Shown one piece after another: positions 63,914 to 64,000 of a stretch of 64,000 nucleotides of DNA. The stretch comes from Phaeosaccion multiseriatum (Eukaryota; Protista; Ochrophyta, other classes): NCBI GenBank assembly GCA_965112735.1, contig OZ218954.1, positions 1 to 64,000 on the forward strand, given 5' to 3'. A program made the position numbers and the translations under genes. Position 1 is the first letter of the stretch, and every line of letters begins with the position of its first letter. The notes below the pieces were generated by a model. It ran no database searches, was not told where the DNA came from, and saw only the letters and a list, made by a program, of their open reading frames with translations.

Positions 63914-64000
63914 GAGGGGGGAGGAGAGATGGCAGTGGATGGAAGGGGAGGGGAGAGAAGAGGGTGTCAGGACAAGCCTTACAAGTGAAGTGAAAGGTGG

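Overview
Eukaryotic (non-bacterial) DNA, most likely from an ochrophyte stramenopile alga: the genes have many GT-AG introns full of microsatellites, FabD has an ASAFAP-type bipartite plastid presequence, and there is a brown-alga-type polymorphic membrane protein gene. Bases 1-5586 are a (CCTGG)n array, probably a chromosome end and possibly a miscalled telomere. Bases ~5.6-34 kb are a nest of Ty3/Gypsy chromoviruses. A complete 13.3 kb element with matching 200-bp LTRs and a 4-bp TSD sits inside the integrase of a related element, and an inverted truncated copy abuts the terminal repeat. All three Pol copies carry an in-frame DEDDy 3'-5' exonuclease with intact catalytic motifs between RNase H and integrase. 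The complete element also shows signs of tRNA-independent self-priming and of gag-pol UGA readthrough. Two sequence-unrelated families of small non-coding elements are inserted in or next to these retroelements. Both are built from ~90-bp palindromic TG...CA terminal repeats flanking ~165-190 bp spacers that carry a tRNA 3'-half-like sequence, and one forms an array with flipped spacers and a 5-bp TSD. Bases 34-64 kb hold host genes: a PMP-repeat membrane protein, an SGNH hydrolase, an FAD-linked oxidase, a secreted Lys/Ser/Gly-rich silaffin-like protein, plastid FabD and partial CEP76. A cluster of foldback elements lies at 39.5-40.5 kb.
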